The notes under the pieces were generated by a model. That model was given only the letters and a program-made list of their open reading frames with translations, had not been told where the DNA came from and made no database searches. Shown in pieces: positions 1-9,740 of a DNA stretch of 64,000 bases. Position numbers and translations under genes: made by a program. The stretch is taken from positions 320,001 through 384,000 of the forward strand of contig JAEHCQ010000001.1 of assembly GCA_020696385.1 (NCBI GenBank), written 5' to 3'. The stretch's first letter is position 1. Every line of letters starts with the position of its first letter. Origin of the DNA: Methanobacteriota archaeon. GTDB lineage: Archaea > Thermoplasmatota > Thermoplasmata > SG8-5 > JAGLSY01.

Positions 1-2283
1 GACTTCCATTTCCCTTTCCAATATCTTAAGGTCCTGTGGGTCAAGTGTGCCAGGTGTCACAGACATCAGGAATATGGAATCACTTTCTGAAACATCATCT
101 ATCAATCTTCTAAGGAATCTAAGGACAGCATCAAAACTGCTATTGCTTATGAGATATTCCAGGCCATCTATCAAAAGTATGCCTTTCTTGCCAGTATTCA
201 GAATATCCTCGATCTTGTAAATGATCCTCTCAAGTGCTGGCTGTATCGTGTCCTCCGTGCTTTCCCTGTCAGTCAACCATAATAATTCCGCTTCGCCAAA
301 ATCATAATCTCCCTTGAGGCGTCGGGGATTGGTCCTGCTTATACACATACCACCATATCCAAGGTCAAGTGTTTCGACAAATATCTCGAAACATTTTTCG
401 GGACGATCCTCCTCCACCAAATAGCTTCTGGATATCTTCAAACTCTCTGATTTGGCTGTATTATCAAAGATCTCCGCCTCCTTTTCTTTGGGCTCTTCTT
501 TGACAGGTTCTATATCTTCATCCTTCAGAACAGATTCCGCAAGGGATACGGTCGGGTTTGTGTTCATCAATTCACAATATGCTATGACCTTGTTCAGGGC
601 TCCTTCGAGGAGTCTCACATTGCTGGTGTATATCTTGGCGATGAATTTCAATACATCATCCCCGATAACAAAACCAGCAACCTCTGACTTTTGCCTCAAT
701 ATACTAACCCTGGTTTCAAGATCCGGAGCCTGCATATCAGTCACCAGGCCAGATTCAAAACGCGATACAAGTCTATCCTTTAGACCAGATATTTCTTTCA
801 ATGGGCAGTCACTGGTCATGACTATCTGCTTATCCTCCTTGTGAAGGGCATTGAAGGTATGGAACAGCTCGTCCTGAACGGCTTCCTGATCTGCAATGAA
901 TTGTATATCGTCTATCAAAAGAATGTCGAGCTTTCGATATCTGCTTCTGAAGGCCTTCATCTTATTGGATTTGGTAGCCTCGATGAATTCCTGCATGAAC
1001 TTCTCAGTGGTTATATAAAGGACCTTTCTGTCCTCATTATTACTGGCCACGTAATTCCCTATGGCATTGATCATGTGGGTCTTACCCAGGCCAACTCCAC
1101 TGCATATCAATAATGGATTGTAAACTGAAGAATCTGCTTTGGCAACAGCCAGTGAAGCTGCTTGTGAGAATCTGCTATTATCCCCGACAACGAAATTCTC
1201 AAAAGTGAATGTGGATATGAGCCCAGTATCCTTTGTCTTGAGGATATCGTCGAGCTTTCCCTTGTCTGTTTTCGCATTCTTGACAGCTCCGCATATTGGA
1301 CATTCATCAAGGCCACCCATTTCTCCACCACAGATACTGCATATATCCTCAGGTTCTCCGGCAGATGTTCTCTTCTTATTCATGACAATGGGGTCTGGCT
1401 CAGGGGTGGATTTGAATACTGGTTCTATGCTGGGAGCAGGTTTCTCAATTACTGGTTTGTCAGCAACCACAGGTTCTGCTTCCATAACCTGTTCTTTCTC
1501 TGGTTCTATGATCTCAGGTTCCACTGGATCATCCAATAGGTGTATCTTATCACTGAGATCCTCCATAGCGGCCTCTATGGCGGTTATCTTCATTGGATTC
1601 ATGAAAAGAGCCTGGAGCTTTTTCACCTCGGTCCCATGACCGATGGTGTCCATACTTTCCAGATCCCCCTTGAAAAATTCTATCTTCTTTATGTTCTCGG
1701 TGAATTCATCAAATATATGTTTCGCATCTACCATCGAGCCTTCAAGAGCATCCTGAAGGTTGTTCACGATATAACCTTCAGATTTCCATCCCTCCATTCT
1801 ATTTTGAAGGGCTTTCAATTCCTTGCTCGAACCTGTTTTCTTTGGTTCTTCATTATTGGTATCTCCCCACGAGATCCCCACTTTAGCTCGTGGTTTTTTC
1901 TTTGCAGATGGTTTCAGAACAGTGATGGAAGATTCTGGATGGGTAGAGATAAACTCATCCACCTCCAATCTACCTCTAACCTCTATCTCGCATTTATCAT
2001 CATAAGAATCCACCCAGGAAAGCTTGAGGGCCTTCTCGCCCTGCTTTGTTATTTGCAGGTCGGATCCGTCTCTTCTACCATAAACTGCTGCTGCTGGCAC
2101 TCCATTCTTGATTATCAGATATCCCTCAGATATCTGCCCATCTCTCTTCAGCATGCTCTTGACATAGCCCGTGAACTCATATTTCTTGAGCTTGATGAGA
2201 CTTTTCTTTAGAGTATCCTCTCCGCCATGGATGGTTCGGATCAACTTGCCCTCGGGCAGGAAATCATTAGACGTTAACAGCAC
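1..2283 (-). CDS. Multidomain protein: DUF2226-like + Zn ribbon + DnaA-type AAA+ ATPase (no domain IV) + DUF835; runs off the left edge
   Basis: Not in the ORF track; manually translated, open from 2292 to base 1. Motifs: FTFENFVVGDNSRF, YNPLLICSGVGLGKTH (Walker A), LLIDDIQF (Walker B), QDELFHTFNAL, RLVSRFESGL, PDLETRVSIL, SNVRLLEGAL; CSIC-x9-CPIC; C-terminal CISRTNP/LLWLT/ILLIDGLEYLI/KILEREME typical of DUF835. Start uncertain (TTG 2292, GTG 2283, ACG 2274). Confidence 0.9.
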   Translation of the reverse strand, partial: MLLTSNDFLPEGKLIRTIHGGEDTLKKSLIKLKKYEFTGYVKSMLKRDGQISEGYLIIKNGVPAAAVYGRRDGSDLQITKQGEKALKLSWVDSYDDKCEIEVRGRLEVDEFISTHPESSITVLKPSAKKKPRAKVGISWGDTNNEEPKKTGSSKELKALQNRMEGWKSEGYIVNNLQDALEGSMVDAKHIFDEFTENIKKIEFFKGDLESMDTIGHGTEVKKLQALFMNPMKITAIEAAMEDLSDKIHLLDDPVEPEIIEPEKEQVMEAEPVVADKPVIEKPAPSIEPVFKSTPEPDPIVMNKKRTSAGEPEDICSICGGEMGGLDECPICGAVKNAKTDKGKLDDILKTKDTGLISTFTFENFVVGDNSRFSQAASLAVAKADSSVYNPLLICSGVGLGKTHMINAIGNYVASNNEDRKVLYITTEKFMQEFIEATKSNKMKAFRSRYRKLDILLIDDIQFIADQEAVQDELFHTFNALHKEDKQIVMTSDCPLKEISGLKDRLVSRFESGLVTDMQAPDLETRVSILRQKSEVAGFVIGDDVLKFIAKIYTSNVRLLEGALNKVIAYCELMNTNPTVSLAESVLKDEDIEPVKEEPKEKEAEIFDNTAKSESLKISRSYLVEEDRPEKCFEIFVETLDLGYGGMCISRTNPRRLKGDYDFGEAELLWLTDRESTEDTIQPALERIIYKIEDILNTGKKGILLIDGLEYLISNSSFDAVLRFLRRLIDDVSESDSIFLMSVTPGTLDPQDLKILEREMEV

Positions 2284-2383
2284 CTCGCTCAATGTACATC
2301 ATGCTTCTTATTTAAATAATTATAATATGGATGAGCATCCATTAGACCATAAATTACTGATATCATAGCTTATTCCATCAATA

Positions 2384-3184
2384 TCAGCCATACATATGCT
2401 GTGATACATCAGACACTGCTGGAGGTCGGGTAAGAGCTGGCTGTGCTTGCTTGACAGCCTTCTTGAGCTGACTTTCGAGAAGCTCTGCTTCATCGATAAG
2501 TGGCTGAGGATCTAGTTTGATCTTTGGCAGGAAATGGTCAAGAGACACTATCAGTCGAGCCGCAGCTCTGGCATCCGGGTAATCTGAATGAGCGTCGGCC
2601 AATAGACATATGACATCTCCACCCAGTCTTTCTGCCTCATACAGCAATACACCGGAAATACCGGTTATCACACCATTTTCAAGTGGTGTGAGACTTTTCA
2701 GGCCTTTTAATATCTCACGACTGGCATTCGAACTTGCAACACCGTAGGTATTACCATCATTATTGTCAGGGACACCATCCACCGTACTGGCCTTCGTGTT
2801 CACTATGCCTTCCACAGATATGATCTGCTTGATGCCCACTTTATCGGACCATTCGATTATATTATCAACAAGGGGCTTCATTAATTCGGTAGGGGGTGGA
2901 AATTCAGATGTCAGAACGACCACCTTGCTGCAGATATTACCATCCTCACACATAGGCTTTCCAGCATATATCCTAAGAGGAGGCATTGGAATAGAGTCTG
3001 TTACTATCGCAGTTGGATAGAAATGTCTGGATGAGACAGATCCCACATAATCAAGCTTGAGGATCTTTATCAGATAATTGGAAACAATAGTGCTGACCAT
3101 TCCAACACTCGGGAAACCTTCGATCAGTACCGCACCTTTCATATCGAATTCTTTTCTATTTATGATCTTTATATCATCTTCCAA
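2384..3184 (-). CDS. PAC2-family proteasome assembly chaperone
   Basis: EGFPSVGMVSTI, PPLRIY, GISGVLL, YPDARAAA motifs; C-terminal HbYX-type tail (MYG); TTG start at 3184 after GGTGA. Confidence 0.88.
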   Translation of the reverse strand: MEDDIKIINRKEFDMKGAVLIEGFPSVGMVSTIVSNYLIKILKLDYVGSVSSRHFYPTAIVTDSIPMPPLRIYAGKPMCEDGNICSKVVVLTSEFPPPTELMKPLVDNIIEWSDKVGIKQIISVEGIVNTKASTVDGVPDNNDGNTYGVASSNASREILKGLKSLTPLENGVITGISGVLLYEAERLGGDVICLLADAHSDYPDARAAARLIVSLDHFLPKIKLDPQPLIDEAELLESQLKKAVKQAQPALTRPPAVSDVSQHMYG

Positions 3185-3331
3185 AATATCACCACGCCAG
3201 GATATTGATTTCAGATACTTAATTCTGATGACATGAAGATTATCATCATAATATGGGTCAAGCACATGAAATTAGGGATAGAAAAGATACCAATCTTTAT
3301 CTACATGATGTCAATAAGACCATGATACAGG

Positions 3332-4222
3332 ATGGTGAGTGAATTGTCCGATGTTCAGAGCCAATTACTAAGAGGAAGTTTCAAGCTAACAAGAGTGGGC
3401 GTCACAGACGTCAAGAAACCTGTGATAATAAAGAGAGATAACAAGGAAGTGATGCTAGCCGCCAGCTTCGATATTTTTGTCGATCTCCCGGCCGAATTGA
3501 AGGGGTCTCATCTTTCCAGGAATCTAGAGGTTCTCTCCCGGGTATTGGATGAGAGCGTGAGGGATCATGCTGACAGCCTGGAAATACTGGCTGCAAAGAT
3601 ATGTTCCGAGCTTCTGGTCAGGCATGAATATGCAACCTGTTCCGAGGTGAACATCACAGCGGATTATTTCATGGAAAGAGAAGTGAATGGAGGTGCCAGT
3701 AGCCTGGAATCTTATCTTCTCAAGGCAACTGCCATAAGCTTCCGAAATGGTGAATCCAACAAATCCATAGGTGTGGAGGTCATCGGTATGACAGCCTGCC
3801 CATGTGCGATGGAAGAAGTGAGAGACAGATACCTTTCTCGCTACCCGGAGAGTGAGGAATTGCTTAGAGCAATTCCAATCATCACCCATAATCAGAGAAA
3901 TATCAGTAGTCTGGAGATAGATGTTCCGGTGAACTTCGATGTTGAAGCCGAGGATCTCATAAACATCCTCGAAGATTCATTAAGTAGCCCAACCAGAGAG
4001 ATATTGAAAAGAAAGCATGAGGCTGATATTGTCGAAAAATCTCATGCCAATCCAAAATTCGTGGAAGATGTCGTTAGAGACATACTCAGCGCGGTACTGG
4101 ATAAATATCAGGATATGCCAGACAATGTGAAGATAATGGCAAAGAGTGAAAGTCAGGAATCCATACACAAGCACAATGCATTTGCCGAAAGGGTCACAAC
4201 ATTGGGAGAGCTCAAAGCATGA
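3332..4222 (+). CDS. mptA: GTP cyclohydrolase MptA (FolE2 family)
   Basis: KGSHLSR, GMTACPCA, THNQR, NPKFVEDVVR, ESIHKHNA motifs. Confidence 0.93.
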   Translation: MVSELSDVQSQLLRGSFKLTRVGVTDVKKPVIIKRDNKEVMLAASFDIFVDLPAELKGSHLSRNLEVLSRVLDESVRDHADSLEILAAKICSELLVRHEYATCSEVNITADYFMEREVNGGASSLESYLLKATAISFRNGESNKSIGVEVIGMTACPCAMEEVRDRYLSRYPESEELLRAIPIITHNQRNISSLEIDVPVNFDVEAEDLINILEDSLSSPTREILKRKHEADIVEKSHANPKFVEDVVRDILSAVLDKYQDMPDNVKIMAKSESQESIHKHNAFAERVTTLGELKA

Positions 4223-4356
4223 AGCTCATGGGAGTATGTCATTTTTGTGGAAAGCCTGCGATGACAAGCTGTTCCTTATGCGGAAAAATATCCTGCAAGA
4301 GTTGTCTGGATTCACTCACAGGCGGATGCAGGAGTTGCACCAGCGGAAAAGAATGA
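4219..4356 (+). CDS. 45-aa zinc-finger microprotein (four CxxC pairs)
   Basis: Manual translation MKLMGVCHFCGKPAMTSCSLCGKISCKSCLDSLTGGCRSCTSGKE; ATGA overlap with the mptA stop; below the ORF-track cutoff. Confidence 0.8.
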   Translation: MKLMGVCHFCGKPAMTSCSLCGKISCKSCLDSLTGGCRSCTSGKE

Positions 4357-4398
4357 GCTGAAGCTGGTAGCTTTAAAAATGTCAGATTAATAGAATAT

Positions 4399-4893
4399 CT
4401 AATCTGAGAGAAGTTCCATTGCTTCTTTCTCATCCATGTTCAGAGCTTTTAACATGTATGTCAAAGATTTCTTCTTTATCATACGTGTCGTGGTCTCATC
4501 AAGGAACTTTTCCATGGCGATCGGAGCCCTTGTGAAATAGCCCATTGCGAACTCGGAGAAATACAGGCCAGCATTTTCCTCATCTATCTCAGTGGCCTTG
4601 TTATAATATTCCTCGGCCTCATTGAAGCGTCCCATATCATTGCAGAAAGATGCGAGAGAAGTGACATAATAAACCTCTTCAGGGTCCAGCTCAGCAGCTT
4701 TCAGGTAGAGTTCCTGTATCTCCTCGGGCTTCACCTTGTGTACTCCCAGAGAAGCTTCAGCCTTACCGAAGTAAGCCCTTGCATTCTTCGGATCTTTTTT
4801 AATGATGTCATTGAACTTCTTTCTGGCTTTTTCATGTTCAAATTCCGCTAGTAGTATGTCCGCTTTGACCAGTTCGTCTTCAATGGTTGCCAT
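4399..4893 (-). CDS. Tetratricopeptide repeat protein
   Basis: TPR-like helices (ARAYFGKAEA, GRFNEAEEYYNKATEID); GGAG SD. Confidence 0.85.
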   Translation of the reverse strand: MATIEDELVKADILLAEFEHEKARKKFNDIIKKDPKNARAYFGKAEASLGVHKVKPEEIQELYLKAAELDPEEVYYVTSLASFCNDMGRFNEAEEYYNKATEIDEENAGLYFSEFAMGYFTRAPIAMEKFLDETTTRMIKKKSLTYMLKALNMDEKEAMELLSD

Positions 4894-5129
4894 GATATAT
4901 CTCCATTGTTATATTGACAGGGCATTTAAAAAAGATTTTGGGATAGCTTTATAATCTAATACTTTAAATTGTCATAATGAGCTTGTGTGCCCAGGTTGCG
5001 CATGACCATGTTTTTCATCAAATATTCTATCAGTATATTGTCCACTGCCAGACATCGATTGTCTCGTATGTCAATTGCCGATTTTCAATAGCAATTTGAA
5101 TTATCTCACTTAAATCCGAATTATCCGAT

Positions 5130-8100
5130 TCAATATTCGGGAGGTATGACCTCTTCAGGTGAGACCGGAGGAGCTCCCTCTGGAGACATAGGAGGTGCAT
5201 CCTCAGGTGGCATTGAAGTACCATCTGCAGGCTGAGCGACGAATGCCGGCGGTGGTGGAGGAGGTGGTTGTTGGTACTGTTGCTGTGGTGGCTGATTGTT
5301 CTTTTTCACTATTATGACGATGATCAATAAGATGACCATTGCCAGAATTATCAACAATATCCACCACCAGTTCGAAGCACCATTATCGACATCGAGTTCG
5401 ATGGGATCCAGATCATTGGTCTGGCCATCTGAGACCGTGACAGGAATGGTGGTATCGTAATCTCCCTTAGATACCAGAAGATCATGGGTACCAACAGGAA
5501 CATCTAGCAGCTCGAACTCACCATTTTCATCGGTGATCTGTGAATATGTATCGCCATCCACTACGACCTGTACTAGGGCTCCCTCGATAGGGGTGCCATC
5601 AGCATCAATGATCTGGCCTCCGATATCGCCAGTTGGTGGAATGGGTTCATCTTCGGTGGTAAAAGCCCCGATCATATCATTATCCATCTTGTTACCTATC
5701 AGATCTCTGACCGCGCCCTCGAACATCACATTGTATTCCGTACCATAGGACAGCGAGTGATCTGGTGTGAAAGCGACCCTTGAGCCATCGGCATCCCAGA
5801 TGAAGGTTCCTGTGATCGTGTCATCCTCGACAAATACTTCACCATTTTTCCTGTATATCCTCATGCCAGCTTCCACACTGTCACGATCCATTTCTTCATT
5901 GAAAGTGAATGCGATATCGGTATCGACCGAAATATCATCTCCGGATGGAGCTATGGTGACCATGGGGGACTTGGTATCCCAGATCAGAGTGAATTCATCA
6001 TAAGCACTGTTACCCGCAAGGTCAAAGACAGTTAGCCTAATGACAAAGGTACCATCTATGTCGGATCTTATCGTGGTCTTATTATCATCATTAGATCCGA
6101 AATCGATATGATTGGCAAAGCCACTTTCTGTTGTCCAGGAATAGTAATCGATCCCACTGCCATGTTCTATGACCGTACTGAATTGTGTGAACTGCTTGTT
6201 CTCGGTCCTATTGGGTCCTATGTCGATAAATGGGATAACAGTATCCCAAACAAGTATGAAGGAATCAGTGGCATTGTTCCCTTCGAAATCATAGGCCAAG
6301 AAACTTATCTCGTATGTACCATCGATATCAGCTTCCATCTGGGTATACATATTATATGGATCCCAAAAGCTGATGGAACCAGGACCAGATACCTGTGCCC
6401 ATTCATATCCATCAACACCAGATTCTGTATCAATGGCTACACCATATTGTGTAAAAGCCGAGCTCTCCCATCTGTCAGGACCAGCTTCAACATCAGGTGG
6501 TGTCGAGTCCGGGACAAAGGTTGTGAAACTCCATGTATGAGTTGGAGGTGAATTTCCATAGATATTTGTGCCCCCACTTACCCGCATGCCGATCGTCTCG
6601 GCATATGTCCAATCACTGTGGGTCCAGGTAGCAGTATCAGACACTACATTGGTGGTGGACCAGCCCGAGAATGACCAGCCACCTGGATCAGTACCTGAGG
6701 TCTGTACCAATGCAGGATTCGAACCTGTGTTCATAGTCCCATCATATACGACACTGACACTCTGGTCAATAGCAATTCCAGCGGAGCCGCTAGCTGGGGT
6801 AGTGGATATCACCTCTGGAATTGGATGTCCAACATAGACATCGTCAATATGCCAGTAATCCATACCAGCACCGCTACCACCAGTCTGTGAGAATCTGAGT
6901 TGGAAAGATGAGTGTATGGCATCAGCAGAAAGGAGATAAGTACGATCATACGTCGCCCCCTCGGATGCTCCACCGAAGAATGTCTCCAGCCATACCCATG
7001 TTCCAATATCATTCATATAATACAGTTCAAGGTCTTCGCCGCCATCGGGGTTCTCACTGAAAATACCACTGCCTTCCTGTATCCAACATTCTACTTCCAC
7101 TATTGAAAGGCCGGATGTGTCAATGAACCAGGAATCCACATTTACCAATCCACCTGACGTGTACATTGACCATGATCCAGAGTTCGAGATCTGGGTTCCA
7201 ACTCCTGAGAATGTGGGATTATCCGATGTCCAGTTCAAACCAGTGCTACCACCGAATACACCGAACTCAAAGTCATCAAGCCATGGAGCTGTGAAAAATA
7301 CGTCTGTGGTTATCTGTGCCGTATCCAATCTCATGGAATCATTCTGAGAGATAATAGTTATGAGAGAAGTGTTTGAATCACCTGGAATCGCACCCCCTGG
7401 AATAGTAACACGGACAATTACCTGGACTGATGCATTGACCGGTACCATGACATTGGATATGTCCATGGTATCTGCCGCGTTCCTGAGAGTCACTGGCCAT
7501 GTACTTCCAGATACTGAAAGATTGTATGTGTCATTTAATAATCCAGTATTTGTGATCGTTATAGTGTAATCCAATACGCCACCTGCCGAAGATGCGTCAG
7601 TTTGGTAACTGGGGGATACATCCAATCGGTATGGTGGTGTGACATTACCATTGAGAAGCCAGTATATGATATCATCCAGAAGCACAGCCCTATCACCTGT
7701 GCTATCATCAACAGCAGTCAGATCAAAGGCCGTGTATACCACCCTGTAAGTTCCTGTATCCGCCCTGGTCGCGATATTTGCAGTGGATGTGGTAGTGAAT
7801 ATTGTATGACCATCATTTATAGGATCATTATCTGTCCTGTATGCCCATATACCTGGATTGACAGTACCTTGATCCCCAAGGTATGTGTCATTATCCGTGA
7901 TGATGTCTCCTGGAACACCATTTATAGTGAAAGGGGAAGCTGTGTTTCCCTCAAAAGCAAGGTAATTCGAATGCAGATAGGTATTGTACCAGGGTGTCCA
8001 CGTAGCTCCATTAACAGAATCATAACCTGCCAGACAACTGGATAAATACAATTTACCACCAGCATCCAGATATGTTCCGATATTGGCTCTATCGGTCGGA

Positions 8101-9659
8101 CTGAAAGTTCCGTCATTTGGGGATACCGCACTATCATCATAGGAATTACCTGTTGCCCAGATAATTATCTCATAGACGAGTAAGTCAGCCGCAGATGGAA
8201 CTCCATCGACCGCGTATTCCCACACATCGTAGGAATAACCTGTCGAATCCAATGCAGCCATTATCTCGACCTCCGTATTTAGGCTAGTGATCGCACCACC
8301 ATCATCATCCACATACAGTATCATTCCAGGAACAATCGTCATGATCATTTCCATATCAGATATAGTACTGTTACCCTGAGAAGTGGCTGTTATATTGGCA
8401 TAGTCTATATCTCCTTTAGCTGCCGCGCCCGGTATGTTCACGCGAGCGATGAATTGTGAATTATTACCAGCAGATATGGAAATAGTGGTTATATTTATTG
8501 TATCGCCGGCATCGCGGAATATCACTGGCCATGAATTATTCTGCGCAGATAGATCATAGGTATCATTGCTCGACCCATTGTTCCATATTATGAATCCATA
8601 ATCTGCAGAGGCACCAGGACTTTCCCGTTGAATGGTTGATGTAACCGGAGTCATATCGAAATCATAAGGAGGCAATGCCTGTGTCTGTATCTGGACCATA
8701 TCAGAATCAGTAGTATTACCCTGTGATGTGGCTGTTATGAACGCTGCATCCACTTGCCAGGACGTAGCTCCACCTGGGATGCTCACACGGGCAATGAAGC
8801 TGCCAGTGCTTCCATTTGTTATAAAAATATTAGATATATTAGTGGTGTCGCCAATGTCCCTGAATATTACAGGCCATGCGTTTCCACCTACTGAAAGATT
8901 ATAAGTGTCATTGCTTGTGCCGATATTATCGATGCTGAGAATATGATCCACATCTGATCCTGGACCACCGGCAGCACTTTGGAGATCGGGGTATAGATCC
9001 AAGGAAAAGGCAGGAGGTGGCCCTACATATACATCGTCTATATGCCAGTAATCAAAACTTCCCCCACTTCCACCTGTTTGGTAGAATCTTATTTGGAAAT
9101 TTGAATGGCAGGCATCTAATGGCAATATATGATCCACATTATAGACAGTACCAGGAGCGTCCACATTGCCAAAGAAAGTATCCAGCAAGACCCATGAAGA
9201 TACATTGTTAAGATAATATATTTCAATATTCTCGGTAAGTGTATCTGGAGCTTCGCTTCCCCCAAAGGCCCCTCCTTTACGAATGTAGCAGCTGAATGAG
9301 ATGTTGAGATAGGCACTCGTATCTATACTGGAAGAATTCAATGTAACTGTTCCACCCTGTGTGTACATGGAGTAAATGCCTGACTGGGATGTTGATGTAT
9401 CCACACCATAAGTTCCTGTGCCAAGTACACCGGTCCAGTTGAACCCCGTACTTCCACCGAAGTTACCGGTTTCAAAATCATCCAGCCAAGGAATAGGAAA
9501 AGCCATAGGGGATCCGGCATTACCATTGTCTTGAGAAATCGTATTGCCTGAATATCCCGCCATGATAGGTCCCGCGCTCATGAGGAGCAATAACCCTACC
9601 AGTAGAACCGAAATCATTCCCCTAACTTGCCCACTTTTCATATTATCGAATGAACTCAT
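5130..9659 (-). CDS. Large membrane-anchored surface protein (two Reelin/MAM-like beta-sandwich repeats, NEW3-like Ig repeats, SbsA/Big_5-like and carboxypeptidase-regulatory-like domains)
   Basis: 1509 aa; signal peptide; duplicated PWLDDFExGxFGGSTG...DYWHIDDVYVG unit; three IxNxGxxNDTYxLS repeats; C-terminal TM then Gln/Pro-rich tail. Confidence 0.85.
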   Translation of the reverse strand: MSSFDNMKSGQVRGMISVLLVGLLLLMSAGPIMAGYSGNTISQDNGNAGSPMAFPIPWLDDFETGNFGGSTGFNWTGVLGTGTYGVDTSTSQSGIYSMYTQGGTVTLNSSSIDTSAYLNISFSCYIRKGGAFGGSEAPDTLTENIEIYYLNNVSSWVLLDTFFGNVDAPGTVYNVDHILPLDACHSNFQIRFYQTGGSGGSFDYWHIDDVYVGPPPAFSLDLYPDLQSAAGGPGSDVDHILSIDNIGTSNDTYNLSVGGNAWPVIFRDIGDTTNISNIFITNGSTGSFIARVSIPGGATSWQVDAAFITATSQGNTTDSDMVQIQTQALPPYDFDMTPVTSTIQRESPGASADYGFIIWNNGSSNDTYDLSAQNNSWPVIFRDAGDTINITTISISAGNNSQFIARVNIPGAAAKGDIDYANITATSQGNSTISDMEMIMTIVPGMILYVDDDGGAITSLNTEVEIMAALDSTGYSYDVWEYAVDGVPSAADLLVYEIIIWATGNSYDDSAVSPNDGTFSPTDRANIGTYLDAGGKLYLSSCLAGYDSVNGATWTPWYNTYLHSNYLAFEGNTASPFTINGVPGDIITDNDTYLGDQGTVNPGIWAYRTDNDPINDGHTIFTTTSTANIATRADTGTYRVVYTAFDLTAVDDSTGDRAVLLDDIIYWLLNGNVTPPYRLDVSPSYQTDASSAGGVLDYTITITNTGLLNDTYNLSVSGSTWPVTLRNAADTMDISNVMVPVNASVQVIVRVTIPGGAIPGDSNTSLITIISQNDSMRLDTAQITTDVFFTAPWLDDFEFGVFGGSTGLNWTSDNPTFSGVGTQISNSGSWSMYTSGGLVNVDSWFIDTSGLSIVEVECWIQEGSGIFSENPDGGEDLELYYMNDIGTWVWLETFFGGASEGATYDRTYLLSADAIHSSFQLRFSQTGGSGAGMDYWHIDDVYVGHPIPEVISTTPASGSAGIAIDQSVSVVYDGTMNTGSNPALVQTSGTDPGGWSFSGWSTTNVVSDTATWTHSDWTYAETIGMRVSGGTNIYGNSPPTHTWSFTTFVPDSTPPDVEAGPDRWESSAFTQYGVAIDTESGVDGYEWAQVSGPGSISFWDPYNMYTQMEADIDGTYEISFLAYDFEGNNATDSFILVWDTVIPFIDIGPNRTENKQFTQFSTVIEHGSGIDYYSWTTESGFANHIDFGSNDDNKTTIRSDIDGTFVIRLTVFDLAGNSAYDEFTLIWDTKSPMVTIAPSGDDISVDTDIAFTFNEEMDRDSVEAGMRIYRKNGEVFVEDDTITGTFIWDADGSRVAFTPDHSLSYGTEYNVMFEGAVRDLIGNKMDNDMIGAFTTEDEPIPPTGDIGGQIIDADGTPIEGALVQVVVDGDTYSQITDENGEFELLDVPVGTHDLLVSKGDYDTTIPVTVSDGQTNDLDPIELDVDNGASNWWWILLIILAMVILLIIVIIVKKNNQPPQQQYQQPPPPPPPAFVAQPADGTSMPPEDAPPMSPEGAPPVSPEEVIPPEY

Positions 9660-9740
9660 CTGTATCTCTCCATTATGGATATATCTTGATTGGTATCGTT
9701 GACTATATAATTGACTACTTATTTAAAAAATCGTACAAGA

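Noticed and set aside
452-2368. Several + strand ORFs of 60-223 aa in the ORF track
   Set aside because: Antisense shadows of the minus-strand DnaA-fusion gene; no motifs of their own.
2293-2383. Possible oriC / DnaA-box cluster beside the DnaA-like gene
   Set aside because: No clustered TTATCCACA-like boxes seen (only an isolated near-match around 45223), and the protein lacks domain IV.
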